Source: Podarcis muralis | Lineage: Eukaryota | Length of the DNA: 64,000 nucleotides | NCBI RefSeq assembly: GCF_964188315.1 | Contig: NC_135663.1 | Location: forward strand, 124,001-188,000 | Direction: 5' to 3' | In this document: one piece after another, positions 34,336 through 45,250 of the stretch | Layout of the letters: every line of letters begins with the position of its first letter | Numbering within the stretch: the stretch's first letter is position 1 | The notes under the pieces: model-generated | What the model was told of the DNA's origin: nothing | The model's input: the letters and a program-made list of their open reading frames with translations, nothing else | Database searches by the model: none | Position numbers and translations under genes: made by a program

Positions 34336-37300
34336 CTACTCTGTGACTTCAGGGACAATGTTCATCAGCAGCGCCTCGTAGCTGCGCCGGACCAGCAGCG
34401 TGAGCGTCTTCTGGCTCCGCACGGCCTCATAGATGTCCTCTGCCCGCCGGGACGCCTGGCCGTTGATCTCCATGACCACGTCCCCCGCCTTGAGCCCCGC
34501 CCTGCGGTGAGAGCAGAGTAGGGGGGTGAAGGCAGAGAGACAGGCCAGAGACTCCTTGCTCTGCCCTCCAGCCAGGGGGAAGTGGGAACCCAAAGCCTAG
34601 AAGTCTAGGGTGGGGAGGGACCTCAGGGGTCATCTAGTCCAACCCCCATCAAGGCAGGTGGGCGTCACACTTACTGATGTGCCGGAGAGCCAATGATGAC
34701 CTTGTGGATGAGGACCCCGTAGGAGACATCGGGGAAGGCAGGATCCCTTATCTTCAACTCAGACAGGATGCTGGGGAGGGAGAGGGAGCCACAAGGTTAG
34801 GATTCCAGCAGGCTGGCGGGGAGGGAAGGCTCTATGCAGACACCCAAGGATGTGGGGCGCTGCTTCCCTGGGGCCAGCAGAGAAGACCCTCTGCCCCAGC
34901 CGCTTAGGGAGAACCAGGGCCCACTCTAGAAGCAACCAGCCCAAGGCGGGGGGACCTGCACTGCCGCCCCCCTAGGGCCTGGAAGGATCTGGCACTGAGC
35001 ACCTACCTGGGCGTCAAGGTCAGCATCATCACCCCAATGTAGCGCCTCTTGCCGTCTGTGCTGCCAAACCAGGAGTCTGGAGGGGGGGGGGAGGAGAGGC
35101 TGTCACTGACCCCGGGGGGAAGGAGACTCTGGGGCCCCCTCCATGCTGGAAGCCCACCCAGCCTAAGAGAGACTCAAGGCTGCCAGGAGGAACCTCCCTG
35201 GGTTGTGGGGGCTCAGGCAGCCCCACCATATAGTGGCCCATCCCACCTCTCTCCCCTGGCAGGCTCAGCACCCATGGAAGGGGGGCAGATCCTCACCCTT
35301 GCGCTTCTCCTCCTGCTCCAGGAAGGCTCTCAGTCGGTCGGAGGGGATGGCGAAGGAGATCCCGGGGGTCACCTTCATGGTGTTCACCCCAATCACCTCG
35401 CCGTCCTAGGAGGCAGGGAGAGGAGCCCCAGGGCAGCCACTTCAGGTTGGCTTTCGGGGGGGGGGGGGAGAGAAAAGCTTTGCTCCCACCCTCCTAACAC
35501 TCCTAGCCATCCAGCAAAGATGAACACTGGGCAATTCGGGACTGATAGAGGGACGTCCCTCTTTACGCAATGCATAGTTAAACACTGGAACTCCCTCCCA
35601 CAGGAGACAGGGGTGGCCGCCAGCCTAAATGGCTTTAAAGGAGGATGAGACTGCGTGGAGGAGGAGGCTGGCCGGGCTCTGCCCCCCCCCCCCAAGACAG
35701 CCCTGCTTCTGAATGCCAGTTGCTGGAAACCGCAGGAGAACAGAGTTGCTCCTGGGCCCAGATCCCTTTGTGGCGTCTGGTCAGCCACTGTGAGAACAGG
35801 ATGTGGAACCAAATCCCCCCCCCCCCCCCGGCCTGATCCAGCAGCAGCAGGCTCTTAGGAGCCAAGCCCCCTGTGGCACCTGGGAAATGAAGGGCCTGTT
35901 CCCCGACCAGTCAACGAGCAAAGACCCCCACCCTGTGCAAGCAGAAGCCCCCATTCCCAGGAAATATGCAGAGGACGGGGGACTTACCAAGTTGAGGAGG
36001 GGTCCCCCGGAGTTTCCAAACTGCAGAGCAGAAAACCGGAGAGGAAGTCACTTGGAGTGACCCAGAGCTGCCCCTGGTCCCTTTGGGCGCCCCCACCCTC
36101 ACCACAAGGGACAGGAGGGAGGCCCAGGAATCACCCAGGCCCCTCCCGCATGGCAGAGGCAGCACCTGCGCCACTCAGGGGACAGGCCAACAAAAAGCCC
36201 CCCCCCCACGCTGCCCCCCTCCCGGCTCTCATGCCCAGCAGGCCTTACGTCAATGGCTGCGTCCGTCTGTATGTACTCCATGTCCGAAGCTGCCAAGCCC
36301 AGCTCCCGCCCCCCTCGCTGGGCAGAGCTGACGATGCCAGAGGTGATGGTGTTCTGCAGGGCGAAGGGGCTGCCCATGGCCACCACAAACTCCCCCTGGC
36401 GCACATCAGAGGAGCGGCCCAGGGGCAGCGTGGGCAGCGGGCGCTGGGGGGGGAGGAGGAGGAAAGAGACAGGTGTCAGTACCAGGACACAGCATGGGAG
36501 AGCCCCCCCCCCCCCCGCATGCTGAGCTCTCCTTCCGGCCTCATCTGGACTCCTCTCTCACGGGTGAGGGGCGGAAGCCTGGCCCCACTTCTGGGGGTCA
36601 GGAAATCATTAGGAGACTGGCGTCAGCCCAGCTTGGGAGGGGGGAGGAGTTGGTGTTGGGCCCCTGAAGCTGGTTGCCCTGCATGCCCCCACCCAACCAG
36701 GACCTGCTCTTGGCTTCTGGCCCACCAATCTCAACTTTCCAACAGGCTGCCCCCTCCCTGCCCAGCTCACAGAGCCAAGGGGCACTGCTGCAAATCACCC
36801 GCTGCCCCAGTGCACTCACCTTGGCATTGATCTTGATGGTGGCGATGTCGGCCACCTGGTCCACCTGCCTCACTACGGCGTCATAGAGCTCCCCGCTGGC
36901 CAGGCGCACCCGCACCCGCTTCCGGTTGGCCACCACGTGGGCGTTGGTGACTATCAGCCCATCCGCAGACACCACGAAGCCGGAGCCGTTGGAGATGGGC
37001 ACCTCCCGGCCGGAAAATGGGTGCCTGTGGGAAGCAGGAGGGAATGAGGGACATGGGGACCAGGACCAGGCAAGGGACACACACAGCCGGGCACACGTCA
37101 AGGACTCCAGCAGGGCCAGGATCAGTTCTCACAGTGGCCAACCAGGTGTCCCCATGGGAAAATGTAAACAGGACAGGGCCTTCTGGGTGGTGGCTGCTGC
37201 CAGACCACTTGGAACTCCTTCCCTAGAGAAGCCGGACTGGCTGCCTGCTTGCTGTCCCTCTACTTTTGGAAATGCACTGCTTTGAATGGAAAAGCTGGTG

Positions 37301-38301
37301 TGGTGGTGTTTCTACGGTTGGGATCTTCCTGCTCTCCTCCTTCTTGCATCTGGCAGTGGCCACATAACACTGGTCCTGAGAGATCTGCATTGGCTCTCAG
37401 TATGTTTCTGAGCACAATTCAAAGCGTTGGTGCTGACCTTGAAAGCCCTAAACAGCCTCAAAGGCCCAGTAGACCTGAAGGAGCGTCTCCATCCCCGTCG
37501 TTCTGCCTGGACACGGAGGTCCAGCACCGAGGGCCTTCTGGCGGTTCCCTCATTGTGAGTAGACAGAGGGCCTTCTCTGCAGTGGCACCTGCCCTGTGGA
37601 GCACCCTCCCTTCAGATGTGAAGGAAATGAGCAGCTATCCTATCTTTAAAAGACATCTAAAGGCAGCCCTGTTTAGAGAAGCTTTTAGTATTTCATGCTG
37701 TATTGTTTTTAACACTCGATTGGAAGCCGCCCAGAGTTGATGGGGAAACTCAGCCAGGTGGGCGGGGTATAAATAAGAAATCATCATCATCATCTTAATT
37801 CTACCCCTTTTCACGGCTTCTCGGCTCTGGCTTCCTCGCCCCGCCGCCTGGGCGGGAGTCTCTGCCCGGGGAAAAGGCGACCCCCCCCCCCCAGTACCTG
37901 CCCAGGATCTCGATGTAGACCAGCGCCGGCGCCGTCCGCTCCACCACGTCGGCGATGAAGTTGTAGGTGGCGCGCGGGGAGCCCGGCGGGGAGGAGGGCG
38001 AGGGCGGCGGCGAGGGCACGGCGGCCAGCAGCCGAGGGAGGCCCGGCCAGAGGGAGGCCCGCCGCGCCCCGCCGCCGCCCTCCTCGCCCCGCAGCAGCCA
38101 CCAGCCCCCCAGCAGCGCCCCCGCCCCCGCCGCCCCCCAGCGCCACCCTCCGGGAGGAGGAGGAGGAGGCCGCCTCTGCCCGCCGCCGCCCCCGCCCAGC
38201 CCCGGCCCCGCCGCCCAGGCGCCCCCGACCCCGCTCCGCAGCCCCGCCGCCGCCCAGCGCCGCGCCACCCGAGACCCCGCCGCCGCCGCCGCCGCCGCCA
38301 T
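34336..38301 (-). CDS. HTRA2: Mitochondrial serine protease HtrA2/Omi, 8 exons, 425 aa
   Basis: Exons 38301-37898, 37024-36820, 36443-36249, 36020-35988, 35405-35297, 35076-35007, 34770-34675, 34501-34336. IAP-binding AVPS, TNAHVV, DIA and GNSGG catalytic motifs, PDZ ending PEVTE. Confidence 0.97.
37290..37790 (+). mobile_element. L2 LINE 3' fragment in HTRA2 intron 1 (other L2 pieces at about 39660-39860 and 63550-63990)
   Basis: [18 protein letters not shown]...[11 protein letters not shown]2 C-terminal motif plus squamate L2 tail (aagccgcccagag...gcggggtataaata). Confidence 0.75.
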
Positions 38302-38500
38302 GCTGCTGGGGCCGCCTCGCGGGGCACGCCGGGAAACGGAGTCCGGGCGGGCGGCGGCGGAAGGGGCGGGGCGGGGCGTCGGGCGCGGTGACGCGCTTCC
38401 CCCGGAGCGGGCGCGACCAAGATGGCAGCGGCGGCCCGTCAGGCCCCGGCCGTGTCCCGCCCCGCTTCCCGCTGAGCGGCGCCTCCGGACCGCGGGCAGC
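38302..38500. promoter_or_regulatory. HTRA2/AUP1 bidirectional CpG promoter
   Basis: Only 199 bp between the divergent ATGs; GC boxes, TGACGC, and a YY1-type AAGATGGC at 38419-38426. Confidence 0.85.
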
Positions 38501-41500
38501 ATGGACGCCTCCGCCGCCGCCCCCGTGGCGCCCGACCGGCTCTTCGACGCGCACCGGTGAGGGGGGGGCCTCCGGGGCGGGGGGGCGGCGGGGGGGGGCG
38601 GGCCTCCCTCCCTCGCTCCCTCCCTCTTCCCCGCTGACCCCTCGGCGCCCTTCTCCTTCTCCCCCCCGCAGGCTCCCCGGCGGCGAGGGGCCGCGCCTGC
38701 TGCTCTCGCTGCTCCTCTACGCGCCGGTGGGGCTGGCGCTGCTGCTGCTGCGCCTCTTCATCGGGCTGCACGTCTTCCTGGTCAGCTGCGCGCTCCCGGA
38801 CAGCGCCCCGCGCCGCTTCATCGTGCGCGTCATGTGCTCGGTGCTGGGCGTGCTCGTGCGCCAGGCCGACCCTCGCCAGCGCAGCCTCCGCGCCCGCGTC
38901 TTCATCGCCAACCACGTCACCCACTTCGACCACAACGTCCTCAACCTGCTCACCTCCTGCAACGCGGTGAGCGGGGGGCGGGGGGCGGGGGGGGGGAGGA
39001 GAGGCTGCCCCTCGAGGGGGAGGCAGGAAAGGCCGGGCCGGGGAACAGCGCCAGGGGCCGGGGGCACGGCAAAGGATCCCCCCCCCCCTTGGCACGCTTC
39101 TGCCCCAGGAAATGCGCCTTCCGGGAGGTGCAGAGGCTCAGCCGCCTCCGGGCCTCACGCAATTTCTCCCCTTGCTTCAGAGAGAGGCAGGTCTTGTTAG
39201 CGCAGCCTGTGGCAAGGTAAGAAGCACCCGCTGGATCAGGCCCCTGCTCTCCCACCAGATGCACAAGAGCCCTCGCCCCTCCTCTGGTTTCTGGCATCCA
39301 GAAGTGTCATTGCATCTGACTGTGAAAGCAGAGCCGAGCCATTGTGCTTAGCGCAATGCAGGTCTCTCATTCCCTTTAAAAACCATCCGGGCTGGTTGCC
39401 AGCACTGGCTCCTGCAGCAGGGAGTTCCATAGTTTAACTGTGCACTGCATGAAGAACAACTTTATTTTATTCGTCCTGATTTTTCCAACTCTCAGCCTTG
39501 AATGTCCACCTTTGGGAGTTCACCTTAACGGAATAATCATTGCCATTTGTGTGTGTGTGTGATTGTACGTGTATTCATGTACACAAGAACGGGCCTTTTC
39601 TGGGGTGGCTCCCCATTTGTGAAATGCTCTCTCTAGGGATGTTCGGCTGGAACCTTCATTATACACCTTTAGGCGCCAGGTGAAAATGTTCCTCTTCAAG
39701 CGGGTCTTGGGCCGATTGACCTTTTAAGTCTTGGGGATTATTGGGTTGTCTTTGTTTTTGCTTTTATTGTGTAGTTTGTGATTTTTACGTTGTAACTTTA
39801 TGTTGTGAATTGCTACAGATACAGGGCAGAATGAAATCTTAAGAAATAATAAGAAATAATAATGGATACAGTTTCATGCAGCACATAATTTAAACAATGG
39901 GTTTAGCTCCCGCCAGAGTTTGTGCTGGCCCCCAACTTGGATGGCTTTAAAAGTGGATGAGACAGATTCACAGCAGGGGGGGGGGGGCTCTAGCCCTGAT
40001 GCTGCCCCCTGCCTCTGGGGCAGAAGGCAGCGCATGCATGCCCTTGAATGCTCATGGCCTTGGGATCCCTGGGGGCTGGCTTCCCCAGGGCTGCAGGTCC
40101 CAATCCCCACCAGGGGAGAGCCAGGCCGGCCCTGACGGATTCTCTTCCCAACAGCCCGTGCTGAACGGCACCTCCGGCTTCCTCTGCTGGTCCCGGGGCT
40201 TCCTGGAGGTGGGGGGTGCAGAGAGCCGAGCCGAGCTGCTGGAGTCCCTGAAGGCCTACTCCTCCCAGGGGGGCAACCCGCCCCTGCTGCTCTTCCCCGA
40301 GGAGACGACCACCAACGGCCGCGTGGGTCTCCTGCGCTTCAGGTGGGCAGAGCCTCTGGCCTGGCGCCAGGCACCAGAGAAGATCCCCCGGGATCAGGCC
40401 AAGGGCCGGCCAGCCCACGATCTGGTTCTGATTTTGGCTGACCAGGTGCCTCAGGGGGAAGCCAGCAAACAGTGGGGTGGGGGGAGTCTCCTGCTGAGCG
40501 TTGCCCCACTGACTGCACCCTTCCCTCTCCAGCTCATGGCCCTTCTCCATCTTGGACAGCGTCCAGCCAGTGGCTCTGCAAGTCCAGAGGCCTTTTGTTG
40601 CTGTGGTGAGTCGGGGGGGGCTGTCTATTTGCTGCTGTTAAGCAGAACGCACAGGAACATCCCCCCAGCAATGGGTGTTTGTGGTGGGTGCTTCCTCCCC
40701 CATCCCAAGGGCCAGGCTTGCACTTGCAGCAGCCCCCACCCCTCTTGGCTTTTTACTCTTTTCTTTCTCCCCCCCCCCCCCAAGAGTGTGGCTGACGCCT
40801 CCTGGGTGACAGAGCTGCTCTGGACGTTCTTTGTGCCCTTCACTGTTTATCAAGTAAGGTACTAACAGTCTCTGCTACTTCCTTGCATGGGGGAGGAGGG
40901 GGGGGGCTGGACGGAAGGAGAGGAGAGAGGCTCTCAGAGCAGAAGGGAAGGAAGCCTCTGCCCTTGAGCCCCTCTCTCTGCCTTTGCCAACGGGGGAAGT
41001 TTGGTCCTCGTTTTGGGAAAGGGGAGGCAGGTCACCTGGGTAGCCTGGGGCTTGTCCTCCCCTCTTCCCTTCCTTCCTCCCCAGGTGGCTTCCGCCCATC
41101 GCCAGGCTAGTTGAAGAAACCCGCGAGGAGTTTGCGCTGCGGGTTCAGGAGGTAGGAGCGGAGGGCTTGGGGGGGCGGCATGAAAGACTGACTGGCACGG
41201 CCGTGGTCTTGCATGTTCCTCAGCGGGGGGGTGGGAGGGGGCGTGATGCCCGTGCTGAGGTGCTGCCTCTGTCCGCTCAGGCTGTGTCAGAGCCTGTACT
41301 GGGGAGCTTCCCAGCTAGCCCTGGCCTGCGTCTCTCCTCCCTGCAGCTCCTGGCCCTGGAGCTGGGTGTGGTGTCAACTCGACTCACTGCTGCTGACAAA
41401 GCCGAGCACCTGAAGCGATTGCGCCACAGCCCCTCAGCCCCCTACAGCCCCCCAGGTGAGTGGGGCGGAAGCGGTTCGTCTCCCCTGCCTCCATAGGCCT

Positions 41501-42624
41501 GCTTGCTGGCAGAGCTCCAAGCCCTGGGGGGGCTCCTGCCTGGGCTCTGCCTGCTCCCAGCTCTCTCCTGGTGGGTGGCGAGGGTCTTGCCCACTCTGCT
41601 TAGCAGTAGCTGGCAGGGAGGCAGGGAGGATCCAGGCCACCATGGGGGCTGTGCCCCCCCCCCCCGGCCACTGTGCCTCAGCCGCCCCCTTTCCCCTTGC
41701 CTTCCTTCCTTTCAGCTCCAAGCCAGCCTTCGGGGACCCAGGACCGAGCTTTTCCCAGTGTCGCCTCTGCAGAGGATGTCCGCTGGAGTGGCATGGCTCA
41801 GCGTGTCAAAGAAGTCCTGCCCCACGTGCCCCTGGCAGTCATCCGCAAGGATCTAGGTGCGTGGTGTGTGTGGGGGGAAGCATTTGGATAAGAGCTTGAG
41901 GGGGGATTCTCATACCCAGGAGGGTTGGGGAGGGCAGTAGAAACACAGAATTGCAGCCCTAGTCCAGCCCCTGCAATGCAGGCGTTCCAACTGAAGCGCT
42001 CCTGAGAGAGGATCACGCAGCCTGTGGTCAGTGATCTGGTCTCCTTCTCTCTCTCTTCCAGCTCGGACGAACTGTGTGGATGCGACCATTGCCAATCTCC
42101 TGGAGGGGCGGGTTCCCTTCATCCCCAGCGAGGCGGAGGCAGAGGATTCCTCGGCTGCCCCGTCCGTCTCTGGCGCTCACTACCTCGCCTCTGCTCCCCT
42201 GACCCCGGTATCCAACACCCCCCATCCCAAGGAGGAGGGAGGGAACAGGCGCTGGGGGGCCATGTGGGGGGGGGGCTGAAGAGGCGCTGGGGCTTCTCAA
42301 GGCTGAGCTCCTGCCCCCCCCCTCTCTCTGCAGGCCCCCATGAAGCTCTTTGCCCGGTCCCCAGAGGCAAGGCACCTCTCTCTCCAGGAGCGGAAGCGGC
42401 TGCTGTACGACTACGCCAGGAGGTGAGGCCGGGACCCTTTCCCTGTTGCAGAGGAAGCAAGGGACCCCCCCCCCAGCAGTCTCTCTCTGACCCCCCCCCA
42501 GCCCATCCACGCTTGCTCTGGCTGAGCAGCTCTGTGCCGCCATGTGCTGATGAAAGGCTCCTCTTGCCTTTGCAGGAGATTCATGGAGAAGCATGGGATG
42601 GCGCCGAAGGAGGGGAGCCACTGA
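38501..42624 (+). CDS. AUP1: Ancient ubiquitous protein 1 (lipid droplet/ERAD; acyltransferase-like, CUE, G2BR), 11 exons, 428 aa
   Basis: Exons 38501-38556, 38672-38966, 40155-40342, 40533-40605, 40785-40858, 41085-41151, 41347-41455, 41716-41856, 42062-42207, 42334-42422, 42576-42624. Motifs [54 protein letters not shown] at 42919-42924. Confidence 0.96.
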
Positions 42625-44448
42625 CCAGCTGGTGTTTTCCTTGAGGACTGCTGGCTTGATCAACTCTGGATCTTTGTGGAGGGTTGCTGCGGACACTGCT
42701 GCCCCGCTGGACCTGTGTGGGGTTGGCAGTGTGCCCGTGGCTGCCCTTGAGTGGTGTGCGCCCATCCCGCCTGACTTCTCCGCAGGGCAAGAGGGAGGCT
42801 CCCAGCCCCCACCCCGCCCGCTGCAAGGCCCGGACTCCACATCGCCCTGCCGCACAGCCGGGGGCCCCGACGGCCTGCCTCAGAGTGTGGGTGGGAGGGG
42901 GCAAGCTTTCACTATCAAAATAAACGTTACTCTAATTCTCATCCTCTCGGACGCGCCTTCCTTCGCTGCTGTTGACTCTGCTTGAGAGGCAGCAGAAGCC
43001 CCGCCAAGGGAGACACAACGGGTCCTTGTTCCGCCACCGCAGCTGCTGCTAGGACGGGCCGGGGGGGCCAGGCTGCCTTCCCTCTGGCTCTCCCCTCTGT
43101 GCCCTGGCTCCGGAGGGGGTGGGCCCCTGAGCCACTCAGCTGGCGGGCTGAGCTGTCTCCTGCCTCCAGCCAGGCCCTCCTGTCCTGACCCAGCCTGAGC
43201 CACACGAAGCTCTATCCCAAGTGCTTTTGAGTGGCTGTTTTGTGTGTCCTCGCCGTCTTGCGTCTCTAATTTCTGTTTCTGTGTGGTGAGAGTCTGCTTT
43301 AGCTTTGCGCGCTTTACAGTGGAGGGGCTGCTGGATAGTGGGGTTGGGGGTGATTCTTGCATTGTGAGGGGTGGACTAGATGACTCATGGGCTCCCTTCC
43401 AAAGCCTGACGGCCTTTTATAGCTGCTCTTCGCTTAGCAGGGTGGCTGCTGCTTTCCTTTGGGGCGGCAGTCTTGCCGCAGAATGCAGAGCAGGTGCCCA
43501 AAGGGGACGCCTTTGGATCCTTGAGGAGGGTGGTGGGGCCAGCCCTTCTGCTCCCCCCAGAAAAGAAAGCCCAGCCACTGCATGCTGTTTTCCTTGAGGG
43601 GGGGGGGGTCCATTACAAGCAACCTGAGCCTTGAAAATCACATGGGAGTTGAAAGTGGGCGGTTGTCACTCTGTCCAATTGGCTGCCTGTGCTTTGGACA
43701 AAGGGAACCTTCCTGACCACCTGGGGGGGGGGTCTTAGGCGACCCTGAGGAGGCAAGGGGGTGCTCCCCACACCTGCCAGAAACCAGTGGCTTCGAGTGT
43801 GGCGGGAGGAACTCTGCATCCTTGCTGCCTGTATTCTGGGCATCCTTTCCATGAGCGCTTCCTGCATGAGGGGGCGCTAGACTAGATGTCCCTTGTGGGG
43901 GGTCCCCTTCCAGGTCTCTGAATCAGTGGGGCAGCCTAAATTGTTCAGGTTCCCATCGCCCCGCAGTCGTGAGCAGATGATGCTGCTGCGAGGAGGAGAG
44001 GGGCGAGGAAGGCTGTCTGGGAGACGGGGGCGCGCGGCGCGCTCCGGAGGATGCTCAGCTGTTCCCTTCTGCTCGGCTCGCGGGGTCGGCCCAGGTCAGC
44101 CTCCTCCTCCCGGGCGGGAGATGCGTGCAGCTCGGCATGTCTGGCTGCGCCCCTCCCGGGCGCGCATTCATTCATGGAGCACGTAGCCGGCTACTCTTAA
44201 AGGGGCGACAGGAGGCGGCCCGCACTTGCCTTCCTCCGGCTCCCTCCTTCCGTGGCTTCGGCGGCGCCCCGCTCCTTGAAATACCGAAAGAAACAGAGCA
44301 GGACTAGGACTTCTCTGGATGCAGCCTGGAAGAGCATTCGCCCCTTTTTGCTGCTGCCTCACACTGTGGACTCGCGTGAAGCTTGTGGTCCAGGGAGACC
44401 CCGAGATCCTTTTCACATGCCTGCCAGTGAGCCAGGCGTCCCCCGCCT

Positions 44449-44638
44449 CAGGGCCGGATTGCGGTTTGATGAGGCCCTCAGCTCCTTTCCTTTATGTGCC
44501 CAGCTGCCCGTTGTCAACAACAAATTGTCGCTGTTTTTTGTGTTGAAGGCAGTATATGCTGTATGGTAACTTTGGGGGCCCCAAGAGAGGGGGACCCTAA
44601 GCTACAGCTTGTTTAGCTTATACTTAAATCCGGCGCTG
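44449..44638. mobile_element. About 190-bp MITE (hAT-like)
   Basis: TIRs CAGGGCCGGATT (44449-44460) and AATCCGGCGCTG (44627-44638), 11/12 complementary; flanking 8-mers CCCCGCCT / CCCGTCCT may be a decayed TSD. Confidence 0.6.
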
Positions 44639-44649
44639 CCCGTCCTATC

Positions 44650-44770
44650 TTTGGGCACCTTGTTCTTCCTGCCTAAGTGCAGAAACCAGCATTTGTCCCT
44701 GTTGAAATTCATGTTCTTAGCTTGCGCCCAGTTCTCCAATCTGTTCCGGTCATTTTGAATTCTGATTCTG
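44650..44770 (-). mobile_element. CR1 RT fragment
   Basis: Reverse strand reads QNDRNRLENWAQAKNMNFNRDKCWFLHL, a CR1 ORF2 motif. Confidence 0.75.
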
Positions 44771-45143
44771 ACTCGACGGTGTGATGTTCAGAAAGCCTTC
44801 CCCTCAGAGCCCTAGAATTGCAGAGATGGAAGCACCCAAGGGTCATCTAGTCCAACCCCGGCAATGCAGGCATCCCTGCCAAAGCATCCCTCCTACGAGG
44901 GAGAGACGCCGCTGCTTCCGAGGCAGAACGGCTCTTCCTGTCGAAAGACAGAATTTCGTTTCTTAGCCTTTGGATCCAATGGTTCGGGACGGCTTCTCCC
45001 TTCCGGAGCAGCTGGAAATGAGCCCGTCCGATATTGGCATACGGAGCGGCGCCCCCTCCCCTGTCCCTTGCCGGCTGGGGTCCCCACCCCTCCCCGGAGC
45101 AGGCTGGCGTCGCCCTTTTAAGGCGCGAGGGTGCCCGGCGCTT

Positions 45144-45180
45144 CTGTTTACAGAAGGGAGCCGGCTGGGCGTCACGTGGC
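45144..45180 (+). promoter_or_regulatory. Promoter motifs of the BNIP3-family gene: FOXO-type CTGTTTAC (45144-45151) and GTCACGTGGC E-box/HRE/CLEAR-like (45171-45180), inside a CpG island
   Basis: Motifs read directly, 70-110 bp upstream of the ATG at 45251. Confidence 0.5.
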
Positions 45181-45250
45181 CTCCAGCTGGCCGGCTGGCT
45201 AATGGGACGGGCACCTGCCTGGCACCGGAGGGAGCCCAGGCAGCGGAGCG

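Noticed and set aside
38302-38502. In-frame upstream ATG for HTRA2 sharing the CATG palindrome with the AUP1 start codon (67-aa extension)
   Set aside because: Weak Kozak context, probably upstream of the HTRA2 TSS, and an open 200-bp GC-rich frame is likely by chance.
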